Part shown: in pieces, positions 37,890-50,267 of the stretch
Position numbering within the stretch: position 1 is the stretch's first letter
Layout of the letters: the number at the start of each line of letters is the position of its first letter
NCBI GenBank assembly: GCA_030390025.1
Contig: CM059433.1
Location: 12,340,001 to 12,404,000 of the forward strand
DNA: 64,000 nucleotides
Reading direction: 5' to 3'
From: Squalus acanthias
Taxonomy: Eukaryota
Translations under genes and position numbers: made by a program
The notes under the pieces: model-generated
What the model was told of the DNA's origin: nothing
Seen by the model: the letters and a program-made list of their open reading frames with translations, nothing else
Database searches by the model: none

Positions 37890-40408
37890 GAAAGAGAGGG
37901 CGTGAATGAATATTGACAAGTAACATCAAGGAAAACCCAAAGATGTTTTATAAATACATAAAGAGCAAGAGGATAACTCAGGAAAGAGTAGGGCCTATTC
38001 GAGACCAAAGAGGTAACTTGTGTGTTGAGGCGGAAGACGTGGTTATGGTTCTTAATGAATACTTTGCGTCTGTCTTCACAGAAGAGACAATGCAGACATT
38101 AAGGAGGAGGAGTGTGAAATATTAGATGACATAAACATAATGCGGAGATGCCGGTGTTGGACTGGGGTGGACAAAAGTGAGAAGTCGCACAACACCAGGT
38201 TATAGTCCAACAGTTTTATTTGAAATCACAAGCTTTCGGAGCGGCTGCTCCTTCGTCAGGTGAAGTGAAGAAATACAAATGGGCACAGCATATATAGACA
38301 GAGAACAATGCCTGTGCAGAGAACAATGCCAGACGACTACAGTTAATCTTCCTAACTGCCTTTTATCACACCTCGGCAGAGAGACAATCACAGCAATCAA
38401 ATCCAACCAGGTCAGTCAGGAAGACATTATATCAAAGACAATAGCAAAATACAACTAAGACAATGAGGTGGGGTCACAGGGGGTCTAATGTGTCAGATGC
38501 TGCAGTCTGTATGGAAAACCAAAAACTTTAAACTTTTTACTTTTTTTTACTGGAAATCACATCTGTGAACAAGCCAACGATGACTCGAATCTGGATGACT
38601 CTACGTCAGGTGGGGTTACATGTAGCGTGACATGAACCCAAGATCCCGGTTGAGGCCGTCCTCATGGGTGCGGTACTTGGCTATCAGTTTCTGCTCGATG
38701 ATTTTGCGTTGCCGTGTGTCTCGAAGGCCGCCTTGGAGAACGCTTACCCGAAGATCCGAGGCTGAATGTCCTTGACTGCTTGACACATAAACATAGTGAG
38801 AGAGGAGGTATTAAGAGATTTAGCAACTTTGAAAGTAGATAAATCACTAGGCCCAGATGAAATGTATCCCAGTCTGTTAAGAGAAGCAAGGGAGGAAATA
38901 GCGGAGGCTCTGACCATCATTTCCCAATCCTCTAGCTACAGATGTGGTGCAGGAGGACTGCTAATGTTGTACCGTTGTTTAAAAAGGGAGAAAGGGATAG
39001 ACCGAGTGATTACAGACTAGTCAGCCTAACCTCGGTGGTGGACAAATTATTGGAAAAACTTCTGTGGGACAGTATTAATCGTCATTTAGATAGGTACGGA
39101 TTAATCAAGGACAGTCAGCATGGATTTGTTAAGGGAAGGTTGTGTCTGACTAACTTGATTGAATTTTTTGAGGAGGTAACAAGGAGGGTCGATGAGGGTA
39201 GTGCGTTTGATGTAGTCTACATGGATTTTTGCAAGGCTTTTGACAAGGTCCCATATGGCAGACTGGTCAGAAAAGTAAAAGCCCATGGGATCCAAGGGAA
39301 AGTGGCAAGCTGGATCCAAAATTGGCTCAGTGGCAGGAAGCAAAGGGTAATGGTCGATGGGTGTTTTTGTGACTGGAAGGCTGTTTCCAGTGGGGTTCCG
39401 CAGGGCTCAGTACTAGGTCCCTTGCTTTTTGTCGTATATATCAGTGATTCAGATTTCAATGTAGGGGGCATGATTCAGAAGTTTGCAGATGATACAAAAA
39501 TTGGCCATGTGGTTGATCGTGAGGAAGAAAGCTGCAGACGGCAGGAAGATATCAATGGACTGATCAGGTGGGCAGAACAGTGGCAAATGGAATTCAATCC
39601 GGAGAAGTGTGAGGTAATGCATTTGGGGGGCTAACAAGGCAAGGAAATACACAATAAATTGTAGGATACTGAGAAGTGTAGAGAAACAGAGGGACCTTGG
39701 AGTGCATGTCCGCAGATCCCTGAAGGTAGCAGGACAGGTGGATAAGGTGGTTAAGAAGGCATACGGGATACTTTAATTTATTACCCGAGGCATAGAATAT
39801 AAGAGCAGGGAGGTTATGCTTGAACTGTATAAAACACTAGTTAGGCCACAGCTAGAATACTGAGTGCAGTTCTGGTCACCATATTACAGGAAGGATGTGA
39901 TTGCACTAGAGAGTGTGCAGAGGAGATTTATAAGGATGCTGCCTGGACTGGAGAATTTTAGCTATGAGGAAAGATTGGATGGGCTGGGGTTGTTTTCTTT
40001 GGTACAGAGGAGGCTGAGGGGAGACCTAATTGAGGTGTATAGAATTATGAGGGGCCTAGATAGTGTGGATAGGAAGGACCTATTTCCCTTAGCAGAAAGG
40101 TCAATCACCAGGGGGCATAGATTTAAAGTAATTGGTCGAAGGATTAGAGGGGATTTGAGGAGAACTTTTATTACCCAGAGGGTAGTGGGGTCTGGAACTC
40201 ACTGCCTGAAAGGGTGGTAGAGGCAGAAACCCTCATCACATTTAAAAAGTACTTGGATATGCACTTAAAGTGCCGTAACCTACAGGGCTATGGACCAAGA
40301 GCTGGAAAGTGGGATTAGGCTGAATAACTCTTTCGGCCAGCACGGACAAGATGGGCCGAATGGCCTCCTTCTGTGCAATAAATTTCTATGATTCTATGAC
40401 TCTATGAT
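37890..40408 (+). mobile_element. CR1 LINE with disrupted RT (ORF pieces 37913-40220)
   Basis: YMDFCKAFDKVP, GVPQGSVLGP, FADD. Ends TTCTATGATTCTATGA. Confidence 0.93.
38140..38784 (-). mobile_element. Penelope family 2 3' fragment inserted in CR1, with hammerhead at 38226-38263
   Basis: TSD ACATAAACATA (38129-38139 / 38785-38795). GIY-YIG C-terminus homologous to 54725-54890. Confidence 0.85.
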
Positions 40409-40932
40409 TAAATTAGCGGTATTATTATAAGTGGATCATTGTGTAACAACAATGTAAAAGGATCTAATAAAAAATTCATATGAATATATCTATATTATTA
40501 AGAGTCTTGCTTCTCGTGCTCACCCACTGCATCGTGCCATTCAAAGGAATCACACCTCAAAAGTGTTATATAGCCAAAGGGCAAAAATTAGTGATAAGCA
40601 CTCAAAATATCTGATTGACTTAAATGCGAACAGATCAAAAAATAACAAAGCGTACCAATAAGCGAGGACTGATGGGCAGAAAACCAAACAATCAAATAGC
40701 TCAATGTTTTTAAATACCTTTCACAAACTTACAAGTGCCACAAAATCAACCAATCAAATTGCTCAAGTGACTTCTTCTCGTTTACAGCTAGCTTTTTCCT
40801 TCTTCACTCAAGTGAGTGCTTACAGCTAGAAATAGCATCGATCACAACAAAAGTGACGTAATTGTTGAATATACCCGTACAATTGGTTACCTGGGCTTGA
40901 GGCTGCTGCTTTCCAGCTGCTCTGAAGAAATT

Positions 40933-40957
40933 GTGTGTGTGTGTGTGTGTGTGTGTG
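40933..40957. repeat. (GT)n microsatellite
   Basis: About 12 GT units. Confidence 0.95.
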
Positions 40958-40989
40958 AAAGCTTCACTATTGCGCGCCATGCTAAGTTA

Positions 40990-41365
40990 GGGTACAATGG
41001 TGTAGTGGCTATGGCGTCGGACTGGCAGCTCAGAAGTTGAGTTTAAATCCCGCCATGGCAAGTGCTGAAATTGAGTTCAATAATCTGGTAATTGGTGTAC
41101 TGGCACGAGAAAAAATAACAATCAAAGCTGTTGGGTTATTGTTAAAAAAAAAACATTGATTCACTGATGACCCTCAGGGAAGGGGACTTGCCACCCCTAC
41201 CCGGTCTGGTATACACCCGGCTCCAGGCTCACATTATGGGGTTGACTCTTCGTGCCCTCTGAAGTGGCCGAGCAAGCCACTTAGGCGTGAAAACAATCGC
41301 TGGCTGCTTGCATGGACATGTCAATAAATGCGATCTTGTCAGCATCGCCCACATCCCATGAACAA
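40990..41365 (+). mobile_element. Old tRNA-derived SINE with a LINE family B-like tail
   Basis: TGGTGTAGTGG A box and GTTTAAATCC B-box-like motif. Tail CAATAAATGC...GCCCACATCCCATGAAC. Confidence 0.6.
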
Positions 41366-42707
41366 AGGATGTATGTGGAACTGTGGCACTTGACGATAAT
41401 AAGGAGCAAAGGACCAGGGAGTTCTGTGTATATGTGTGACAGTGAGGGCTGTAAACTTAACCCTTCTTAACTTCAGTATCCAAACACACTGGCCCCGATA
41501 TTATAGTCGAGGCAGGTTGGGAGCGGGGGTTCCGTTATCGCGTGGGAAACCCGGAGCTAATTTCAGCGCATCTGTGGCATTTTAAAGCAGGCACCTCAAC
41601 ATAATTTTACTTCCGGGTTTAGCGTCGATTACGCGGCAGCGGGCGTGATGCGGACCCACGTGACGTGATTTCGACTGGGGTATTTAAAGGGCCAATCCAT
41701 AGGTGGAATTTGGAGGAGTTGGGAGGTTTGGCACAGAGACAGCAAATTGCAGAATATGGACTCAGGATGCTCAAAGGTTGTGCCCCACTTTAATGACTCA
41801 TCCCTTGATGTATTGCTGGGGGCAGTGAGGAGTCGGAGAGAGATATTCTTCTCCAGCAACGGGAGGAAGAAACCTGCCGCTGCTACAAAGAAGACGTGGC
41901 TGGAGGTGGCCCAGGAGCTCAGCAGCAGGAGCATTGTGCCACGCTCCTGGCTTCAGTGCAGGAAGAACTTTAATGACCGTACCAGGTCAGGAAAGGTTAG
42001 TACAGTTACACACTCACCTACATCCTGTTGTGCGCATCACCCCCCTCACTCTGCCTTGTCAAGCCTACTCCATCACACCACTCCTCACACACACTTACCT
42101 TGTAAGCACACCCATCCTTCTCTGTCTATGCACTTCCTCACATCTCCATCTATCCATCTGCCACTCACCCTGATCGTTATGCAATTTGATGCCTCTCCCT
42201 GATAGTCACCATCAACAAATGCACTGCGTCTGTCAGGTGAACACATGCCATTACAGTCACTCATAGGTCTGTTCTTTCCCTCATTGCAGGAGAAGAGAGC
42301 ACAAAACACAAGGGAGAGGGAGAGAACCAGATGGCGGCAGATGTGGGGAGTCCGCGTCAGAGGACACAGCCCTCTCCAAGCTCTCCTCAGTTGGCACAGA
42401 TTCTGTACTCCATGGGCTGTCAATGAAAAGGACAATCATTGAGGGGCAGCAGAAAATCTGCGATGTACTGACAGGCCTTCCACGCACACTGTCCACGATT
42501 ACAGAGAGAAGCGCAAAGTCCACCTCAAGCATGAGTGGGTTGATGTCGCAGGGCATTACGATGATATCTTCTTCTGTGGATAGAGTGACCAACTCAGTGG
42601 AAAAATCAATCGTGGCAATCCAATGAGTCCATGCAGGCCTTGACCACAGCTGTGCAGACTCTGGATGCCAACATATATGGCGCCTTAAATAGGATGACAG
42701 ACACTTA

Positions 42708-43511
42708 AGGGCTCGATTTTGTCAATGGGGACGTGATGGAGGCGGGACTCCCACTTTTTGGGTTGTAGTCCCGCCTCCACGCTACTTTCCCTTGATTGAC
42801 CTTGTTAAGCCCGCCCAGTGGGCTCAGCAGGCCAATTAAGGGACACCTGGATACTGGTGACGTCAGCGATTGACATTTCATCTGTCAAGAGCTTTTGACA
42901 GATGAAATATCAGCGTTTGACAGCTCTGTGAAGCTGTCAAACACTGACAATCTGTCTTCTAACTTGAGTCCTTCTACTCAGACTCAGTTAGAGAGCTCTC
43001 CAGACCAGAAATCAGAGGCTGCAGCTTTTGACAGCTCAGCGGCCATTCTGCTTTCTGTGCCGGTGAGCTGAGGGACTCCCGAGACCTGAAGGGAGGAAGC
43101 CTGGAGGAGAAAGTAAAGGTAAGTAAAACTTATTAAAACACTTTACACACACCAAACACACTTACCTCTGCACTCATGCACCCATCACTCGACCCCTCCA
43201 AGCCCTGCAGACCGACGGTCCACCTTGCTAACTTGGCGTGGTTTGGAGCCATCGGGTAGCCCACACTTCAGGGCTAAAAATAGGGATTAGCCAAAAAACT
43301 GCTGTTAACTACCTGTTAACAGGCAGTTAATTGGCACTAATCCCCTTCCCGCCTCGGGAGGCGGCTCCCAGCACAGATCCGGTACTCGCCTCCTGGGACA
43401 TTGGCATGGAGGCGGGTTGGGGGTGGGATGGGTACGTGCCCCCCGAATCTGCAATTTTCCCACCACTCTCGCCTCCAAACCCGCCTCCACGTGGCTTGGA
43501 AATTCGAGCCC
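42708..43511. mobile_element. MITE family A, copy 2
   Basis: GGGCTCGATTT / AAATTCGAGCCC with TTA TSD. Homologous to 131-960. Confidence 0.85.
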
Positions 43512-44589
43512 TTAGCCTTGGCCTTACAGCACGTCACTGATCAGCGCCAAAGTGCTCTCCAGCACAGTGTTAGGAGCGGCTGGACCATGAGAGGGACGAT
43601 GGTGAAATGGGATATGGAACTCCACTCAAAGCCCTCGCACTTCTCATCCGTTGCCCCATCCCCCCCTCAAGTCAGTACCCAACATGCTGCCCCCTCTCCC
43701 GATGGCTGAGCCTGCCCCTGCACAGGTGCAGGTGGATTAGTCTTTGGTGGGGCCCTCACCGGCTCCAAAGCCCAGAGGTCATTGGCCAAGAGCATCTTAG
43801 TTGTCAGAGCAGGGATGTGAGCAGCCTGCCTCTACACCACGTATGAGCGGTAGGAAAAGGAAGAGTAAAGCTTTGTAGTTGCACAAGGGTATGCAGTAGA
43901 ATCACATAAAATTTATTACTTGGCACCACTTTCCTGTGTAGCCCATTCTTGGTTGCTGGGTGGCAAGTTGCGTTTTAAGTTGTTTGGGAAGACATGAATG
44001 GGGACCTAAGGGGAATGTTCAAGGGAGGGATGGTTGGTAGCAGGACTGCTTTGTCTCAGTGGGATTGTGGGCGAGGGGGGTCGGGTGGAGGGTGGGGGTG
44101 GATGAGAGTGACCACTGGATGTGGTTGTTACATGGGTCCGGTGGTGGTATCTACTGAACCTTACAGCGATAAGGGAATCGTTGGCATCTCGGGTGTTGTG
44201 TAGAGCGCAGCACTCCACGATCATTCTGCAGACCCCGGCTGGTGAGTCCTGAAGGACGCCTCCAGACCTGTCCCCGTACCTGAAGCCAATCGCTTTGTTC
44301 AATTACGTTATCTGGTTGTCATATGGCTGTTGTTGTACCGCTCTTGGGCTTCATTGGTGGGGTTTCTCACGGATGTCATCAGCCAGGTTTGAAGGGGGTA
44401 TCCTATGTCTCCCAGCAGCAAGCCCTTAGGTCTACTCGCAGGTCCAAAGAGGTCAGGGACCTTGGATTACTGCAGGATGAAAGCATCATGGCAGCTCGCT
44501 GGGAATCTGGCGCACACCAGCTGCAAATCGATGGAGTGGAACCCACATCTGTACAGCCGATGACACTCTGCACCTGCGGGAAGCCACCC

Positions 44590-45381
44590 TGAAAGGATTC
44601 GCAAAATTTCATGTGTTCCCCCCCCCCGAAGATGTTTGTTGTTGGACTTATTAATAAAGAAACCCTGGTCAGACTGAGTTTTAAAATCCAGGGCATAAAA
44701 TGGCCGCGGTCGGACCTCGTGTCAGCTTGTGTATTCCGATGTCTGCAACAGGACAGGACCTTTCCTTATGCATTACAATCAGGTCTATGCATAAGACTTT
44801 CAAGGTGTTTGCTCAAGTAATCGGCGGGGACATTGAGACGGCGCTGGGCCCATCAACGGAACTGTTCTGGACAATCATCCAACCTGTCGAACAATAGGGT
44901 GGCAGTTGTAGAACTGGTATCACACCATTACCGGCCATCTACCATGATGGGCCGAGACCAGTACCTTTTGTTAAAATTCATCATGCCAGGTTTTTCCATC
45001 CATTTCACCGGTGAGCATTATCTTTCTTCTGGCTGTCGCAAGACAATTTTAGTTAGGCATAAGGGTGGGGATTAATGGGGATATTGCTAAAACTGTAATT
45101 TTAGGATTTTCCCTCGATGTGTCCGTTCTCTTCCCATGCTAAGTGTAAAACCGTTTTCATATGATACTGTTTCTCTGTAGTTTTACTTCTGTAAATAAAC
45201 ATTGGTTTTCCTCGCACCAATCCACGAGTCTGTTCGTTTGTCTTTATCGCCGCTTGATAAGTCCTGGGCTCAGAACTAATAAAGGGGATAGCGATTCGCA
45301 ACCGCACAGCGGGCGCAGGACAGTCCAGGAAAACATAACTGGCTGACCTACAAATAAGCCCGAGACAAAAAACCCCTTACA
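44590..45381 (+). mobile_element. Solo LTR (792 bp)
   Basis: TGAAAGG...CCTTACA termini, exact 4-bp TSD ACCC, AATAAA near 45194. The host transposase sequence rejoins across it. Confidence 0.85.
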
Positions 45382-45706
45382 ACCCAGAGACACAAACCTG
45401 AGCGCCTGCTCATTCAGACTGGCATCATCACAGGCGAAGTTGACATCATTGGCGGTCCAACCTCCCTGACGCATCTGTGCGCTGCCGACTGGGAGATCCT
45501 GGATATGTCTCCAGAGGGAAGCCCTGGAAGGATCCCGAGGCATAAAAGTTGAGGGGGGGGGTGTTGGTGGGATGGTCACTTTCACAGCCGCTGGTAATGC
45601 ACGGGCACCAGGTCCACCAGGGAGCAGGCCTTCTTCTAGGAGGTTGCAGATGTCTGCCACCATCTGGAAGGACTGCTCTTCCGAGAGGCCTAGGAAGCTG
45701 AAAGTT

Positions 45707-45727
45707 AATTAAGCTGCAGGCTCCACT

Positions 45728-45765
<38 letters not shown>

Positions 45766-45928
45766 TTTGCAACCATACTCCCCCCACCCCCCCCGAACCC
45801 AAAGACTTTGGTTTCCCGGAAGCTGCTCGGCGGGTCGTGGGAATAACGCCGCCGGATCGCTAGTTGGCATCGTTTATGGTCGGAACTACGACGGCATCTG
45901 ATCGTCTTCGAACCTCCGACTTTCGTTC
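45707..45928 (-). pseudogene. 18S rRNA fragment (~220 nt)
   Basis: Minus strand reads GAACGAAAGTCGGAGGTTCGAAGACGATCAGAT...GCTGAAACTTAAAGGAATTGACGGAAGGGCACCACCAG, the conserved eukaryotic SSU rRNA core. Confidence 0.93.
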
Positions 45929-45965
45929 CTGTGCACCCTGTCACTCAGGTAATGCCTCCTGCGAG

Positions 45966-46100
45966 CTGCCCCCCTCTCTGCTGCCCCCCTCTCTGCTGCC
46001 CCCCTCTCTGCTGCCCCCCTCTCTGCTGCCCCCCTCTCTGCTGCCCCCCTCTCTGCTGCCCCCCTCTCTGCTGCCCCCCTCTCTGCTGCCCCCCTCTCTG
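45966..46100. repeat. Perfect 15-bp tandem repeat x9 (CTGCCCCCCTCTCTG)
   Basis: Directly visible; lies in the transposase N-terminus (GGQQR repeats). Confidence 0.95.
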
Positions 46101-46754
46101 TTCACCACCTGCAGGTCTCTCCACAGCAGGCTGTTGATGCCGCTCAGGGTCATCTTGCTCCTCATCCGAGGTCCAATCTAAGGCAGCCCAGGCGCCAGCC
46201 ATCCCTGATCTTGAGTCTCAAAACCTCCAAAGTGCAGAAACTACCCTCTCACTAAAAGTTCTCTCAACACACCCTTTCCCAGTGGGAGGTAAGAAAGCAG
46301 CTGTGAGCACTGAGTAGTTATTGCTGACTTGCCTGACTTTTAATGAACCTCATGAATTGTCGCCGTGTTCTGGCTTTGGATTCAATGGCGGATTTCAGGA
46401 AGGCCGGGAAACCCGTGGATGCGCCGTTAAATTTGAATGTAGTTTGAAATATCGCTACAATGGAGCAATTAACATATTTAAATTGGTAACCCGCCTCTCC
46501 GGAGGGGGTTACGCGCAACCTGCCGAATGCGGCCGAGTTAAACCCAGAAGTTGCTGTGTTGGAGCCGGCTCCTGGATGCGAAAGTATTTTCGGCCACTTT
46601 AACCCCCCACCCCCCACCACCCGCAACTAAACCCAGTCACTGCTCTATGTTAAAATTCCCCCCCACTCTGACAACTAGGCAATAAAATTTATAACAACTG
46701 TGCAGAAAAAAACATCAAAAATCAAAAATCAAAATCCCTGCACTGCAAAAATCA

Positions 46755-47540
46755 GAATTATAGAATGATACAGCACAGAAGACCATTCGGCCCATCATGC
46801 CTGTGCTGGCTCTTTGAAAGAGCTCTCCAAATAGTCCCACTCCCCTGCTCTTTCCCCCATAGCCCAGCATATTTTTTCTTTTCAAATATTTATCCAATTT
46901 CCTTTTGAAATTTATTATTGAATCTGCTTCAGGCAGTGCATTCCAGATCACAACAACTCATTGTGTAATTTTTTTCCATCCTGTCGCCTCTGGCTCTTTT
47001 GCCAATCACCTTAAATCTGTGTCCTCTGGTTACCGACCCATCTGCCACTGGAAACAAGTTCTCCTTATTTATTCTATCAAAATCCTTCAAGATTTTGAAC
47101 ACCTATCAACTCTCCCCTTAACCTTCTCTGCTCTAAGGGGAACAAACCCAGTTCCTCTGGTCTTTCATCCTTGGTACCATTCTAGTAAATCTCCTCTGCA
47201 CCCTCTCTAAGGCCTTGACATTCTTCCTACATAAGAACATAAGACGTAGGAGCAGGAGTAGGTCATTCGGCCCCTTGAGCCTGCTCCGCCATTCAATAAG
47301 ATCATGGCTGATCTGATCTTGGCCTCAACTCCACTTCCCTGCCCGCTCCCCATAACCCTTACCTTTAAAAATCTGTCTATCTCCACCTTAAATATATTCA
47401 ATGACCCAGCCTCCACAGCTCTCTGGGGAAGAGAATTCCAAAGATTCACGACCCTCTGAGTGAAGAAATTCCTCCTCATTTCCAATTTAAAAGGGTGCCC
47501 CCTTATCCTGAAATTATGCCCCCTAGTTCTAGATTCCCAC
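46755..47540 (-). mobile_element. Two CR1 3' fragments (46755-47220 and 47225-47540)
   Basis: WNALP..FKRKLDKYL and TRGHNFRIRG..RNFFTQRVVNLWNSLP. Confidence 0.85.
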
Positions 47541-47789
47541 CAGTGCCCAGAATTATGCAGGACTTCTGCCCACCCACGTAACTCCACTGCTGATCTTTAC
47601 TCCTGGCGTCCTCATTAGAAATGCAGGATGCAGTAGGAGCAATAATGCTACTCCTCGTTGGGTTACCGCTGCTTGAGGGAGGTAAAGGAAATTGTATGCT
47701 GTTGCAGCCTTTAAAAGGTTACAGGTAGTTAAAGAGGGGAGCATCAATTTTTCAACAGCAGCAAGCACAATTATAAGATGTCTCACCCA

Positions 47790-48030
47790 GGGGTTGACGG
47801 GGTGGGGGTGGGGGGCAGCAGAAAGGTCTCCCAGCTTCTCAGATACATCTTTGGAGGTGTTACTGACTGAAGTGAGGGCTAAAAGCGATCGACTGTTGGG
47901 CGCTGAGGGCAGGACGTCCCATAAAGGGGTTCGGGCCATGTGGAGGGAGGTTGCTGAAGCAGGAAGTGCAACCCTGCACCACCCAATTCACACGGTGCAG
48001 GAACATGTTCAGTGATCTCACAAGGGTAGC
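47790..48030 (+). pseudogene. Harbinger Myb-like gene fragment
   Basis: PSFSDTSLEVLLTEVRAK..AMWREVAEA. Confidence 0.65.
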
Positions 48031-48043
48031 TAAAATAAATCAA

Positions 48044-48275
48044 TGATGCGGAGATGCCGGTGTTGACTGGGGTGGACAAAAATGAGAAGTCGCACAACAC
48101 CAGGTTATAGTCCAACAGTTTTATTTGAAATTACGAGCTTTCGGAGCGCTGCTCCTTCGTCAGGTACAGTGAGGGAATACAAATCGGTTACAAAGTATAT
48201 ATAGACAGAGAACAATGTGTCTGCAGAGATACAATCCGTCAGGGAGGCATTACATCAAAGATAAATCAAGGTTCT
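48044..48275 (-). mobile_element. Penelope family 2 3' terminal fragment with hammerhead (48131-48166)
   Basis: Same terminus as 38140. Minus strand TAC-CTGACGA-AGGAGC..GCTCC-GAAA-GCTC-GTA. Confidence 0.8.
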
Positions 48276-49444
48276 GGTGCCTGTACACATCCTCAATCAG
48301 TCGTACGGCCTTCATTTACCCGCTTGCCTCATATTCTTTCGGGGTCATCAGTGGGGCGTCAGGAAAACTCACTTATGTACCTCTGAAAACACCCAAGCGC
48401 CATCTTAACTCACAACCATTCTGTCAACTCACATAGCCTGCCACAAGGGGCCTTATAGTTTTGAAATTTCATTTAAAGGGGCCTTGCACTTGCATCATCA
48501 CGGGATGCATGCGCTCATGGGGAGGGGAACAAATGCGTCTATGCCACTCACATTCCATTAACATTGTGTTCTCCAGCTGCGAACAGAAAGCTGGCACACA
48601 GCTACCGAGAGAGAGCTGCAACTTTGGGAGGAATACCAAGACTGCAAACTCGTGAGTCCGCATGAACAGGAATGTCTGCAGATGGTAGGCAGACAGATTT
48701 GAGTCTGTGGAAGAGGGTGAAGTTGGAGGCAAGATGGCAAGAGAAGGTTGGCAAAAGCAGGGCAAGGCTCTTCATGAGTAGTGCCAGCTTCATGCACTTT
48801 CTCAAAGTGCCCTGACACTCAGCTGCTATTTCTTCAAGAACAAATGTCGCTGTGCGCTTGCCTAAACAAACTATTCTGCATTTCACGTCGCAGGCGGTGA
48901 GCTGGAGGAAGAGGCCGGCCACTCCGATGACCATCCAACCACTTCCAGAGAGACAGCCGCTGCCACTTCCACATCTGACATTCCTGCTACTTCATCACCA
49001 CCTCCGTCGTGGCATCTGACCTGCCCAAGCGCCAGCCCAGAGACACCCGTTCAAGAAGGAGTAGTTAGTGAGTCAGAAGGGTCTTTGCTGGGCGAAGCAC
49101 TCGAGCATTATGAGCTGGAAGTGGAAGGAATGGGAGAGTGCTGTTTCTCCATGGACTGCGGTGAAATGATCACCCTTGGCTGTGGAGCCCTGGGTCTCAG
49201 AGGTCCTGTCTTCAAAAGAACTATCATTGGGGAGCATCGATCTTCTGCTGTGCACAATTTCATAAATTGTATCTGTTTTTATTTTGCATGTATTATGATT
49301 TCACTATAAGCAAAAAGCAACAGGAATCTCCCCAAGCTGCAAATTAACAAATTTGAACCTGTTTATTAAAGTCAAAAATTGCATCTGTTATTACAGTTGG
49401 AAGTTTTTCTTGAAGGTTGAATGTGAGTTATCCAAAAATACATT

Positions 49445-50203
49445 GGGCCGTATTTTCCGATCGGAGGCTTCCTGCGTACGGAGGCCTCCAATCTGGAAAA
49501 AAATCTATGAACTTACCTGAGGGCTCCCGCGGTCCGGACACTTCCGCTCCTGGGCCTCTCCAACTCGAAATGCGCAGGGCCCAGGTATCCCAGGGGCGCA
49601 GGCGGTTCGCAAGCGTCCCTGGGATCACGTGGGCCATGGGGAGCCAATAGGAGAAGGGAATCTCCCTTCATACACTTGACAGATAGACCTGTCAAATATA
49701 TGAATGGAGATCACCCCAGAAACACAGTAAAACATTAAATAAATGTTAAAAAATTCACCTTTTTAAAATGTGTTGAAATTACAATCAATTAAATATTTTA
49801 AACAAAAATTTAATTTTTTGAAAAAAATAATTAAAGTTTTTACCGGGCTAAAAATAAACTTACCTTTTTTTAAAGTATTTTTAAATGATAAATGAGAGAA
49901 TTTTTTTTTTTTAACTTTTTTTTCCAACTCTTATCCTGGTAAAAGCAGGCCTTACACCTGCTTTTACCAGGCGTAAGAATTCTAAGGGTTTTCTGCAGGC
50001 GGAGGTTCTCCAGAAAGTGGAACTCTCCCCCCGCAGAGGCCCTTCTCCAGGGCAGGCATCCGATCTGTCAAGAGCATTCTTGACAGATTGGAAATGCCGG
50101 TTTTCAGCGTGTGCGCTTCGCATTCCTGAAACTGGCATTTCCGATGTCCCTACGGGTGGGTACACAGCTCGTACCCACCCGTAGGGATTGGAATATACGG
50201 CCA
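49445..50203. mobile_element. MITE family B, divergent subfamily
   Basis: GGGCCGTATTTTCC / GGAATATACGGCC with ATT flanks. Same architecture: GATCACGTG..GCCAAT, AT core, subterminal hairpin. Confidence 0.75.
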
Positions 50204-50267
50204 ATTCTCTTTTTAACTATCAGGTGTAAAGTTATGGTGTTACAGTGTTAAAGAAAGAACATATTTT

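Larger units (their letters stand above)
41491..46664. mobile_element. Second two-gene Harbinger element (Myb-like + ~41750-43860; transposase - ~46202-43990) with nested insertions
   Basis: ACT TSD on both sides. Ends GGCCCCGATATT / AAAATTCCCCCC. Myb motif PHFNDSSLDVLL..WLEVAQEL..QCRKNFND. Transposase remnants VADIC..ALPAAVKVT, GFPQVQ, CCALHN. Confidence 0.85.

Noticed and set aside
45707..45928. Functional rRNA gene
   Set aside because: Only a ~220-nt internal fragment with substitutions and an expanded G run; no flanking rDNA.
48469..49309. Cluster of short overlapping ORFs (also 54059-54475)
   Set aside because: No recognisable domain or consistent splice structure; probably decayed repeat sequence.
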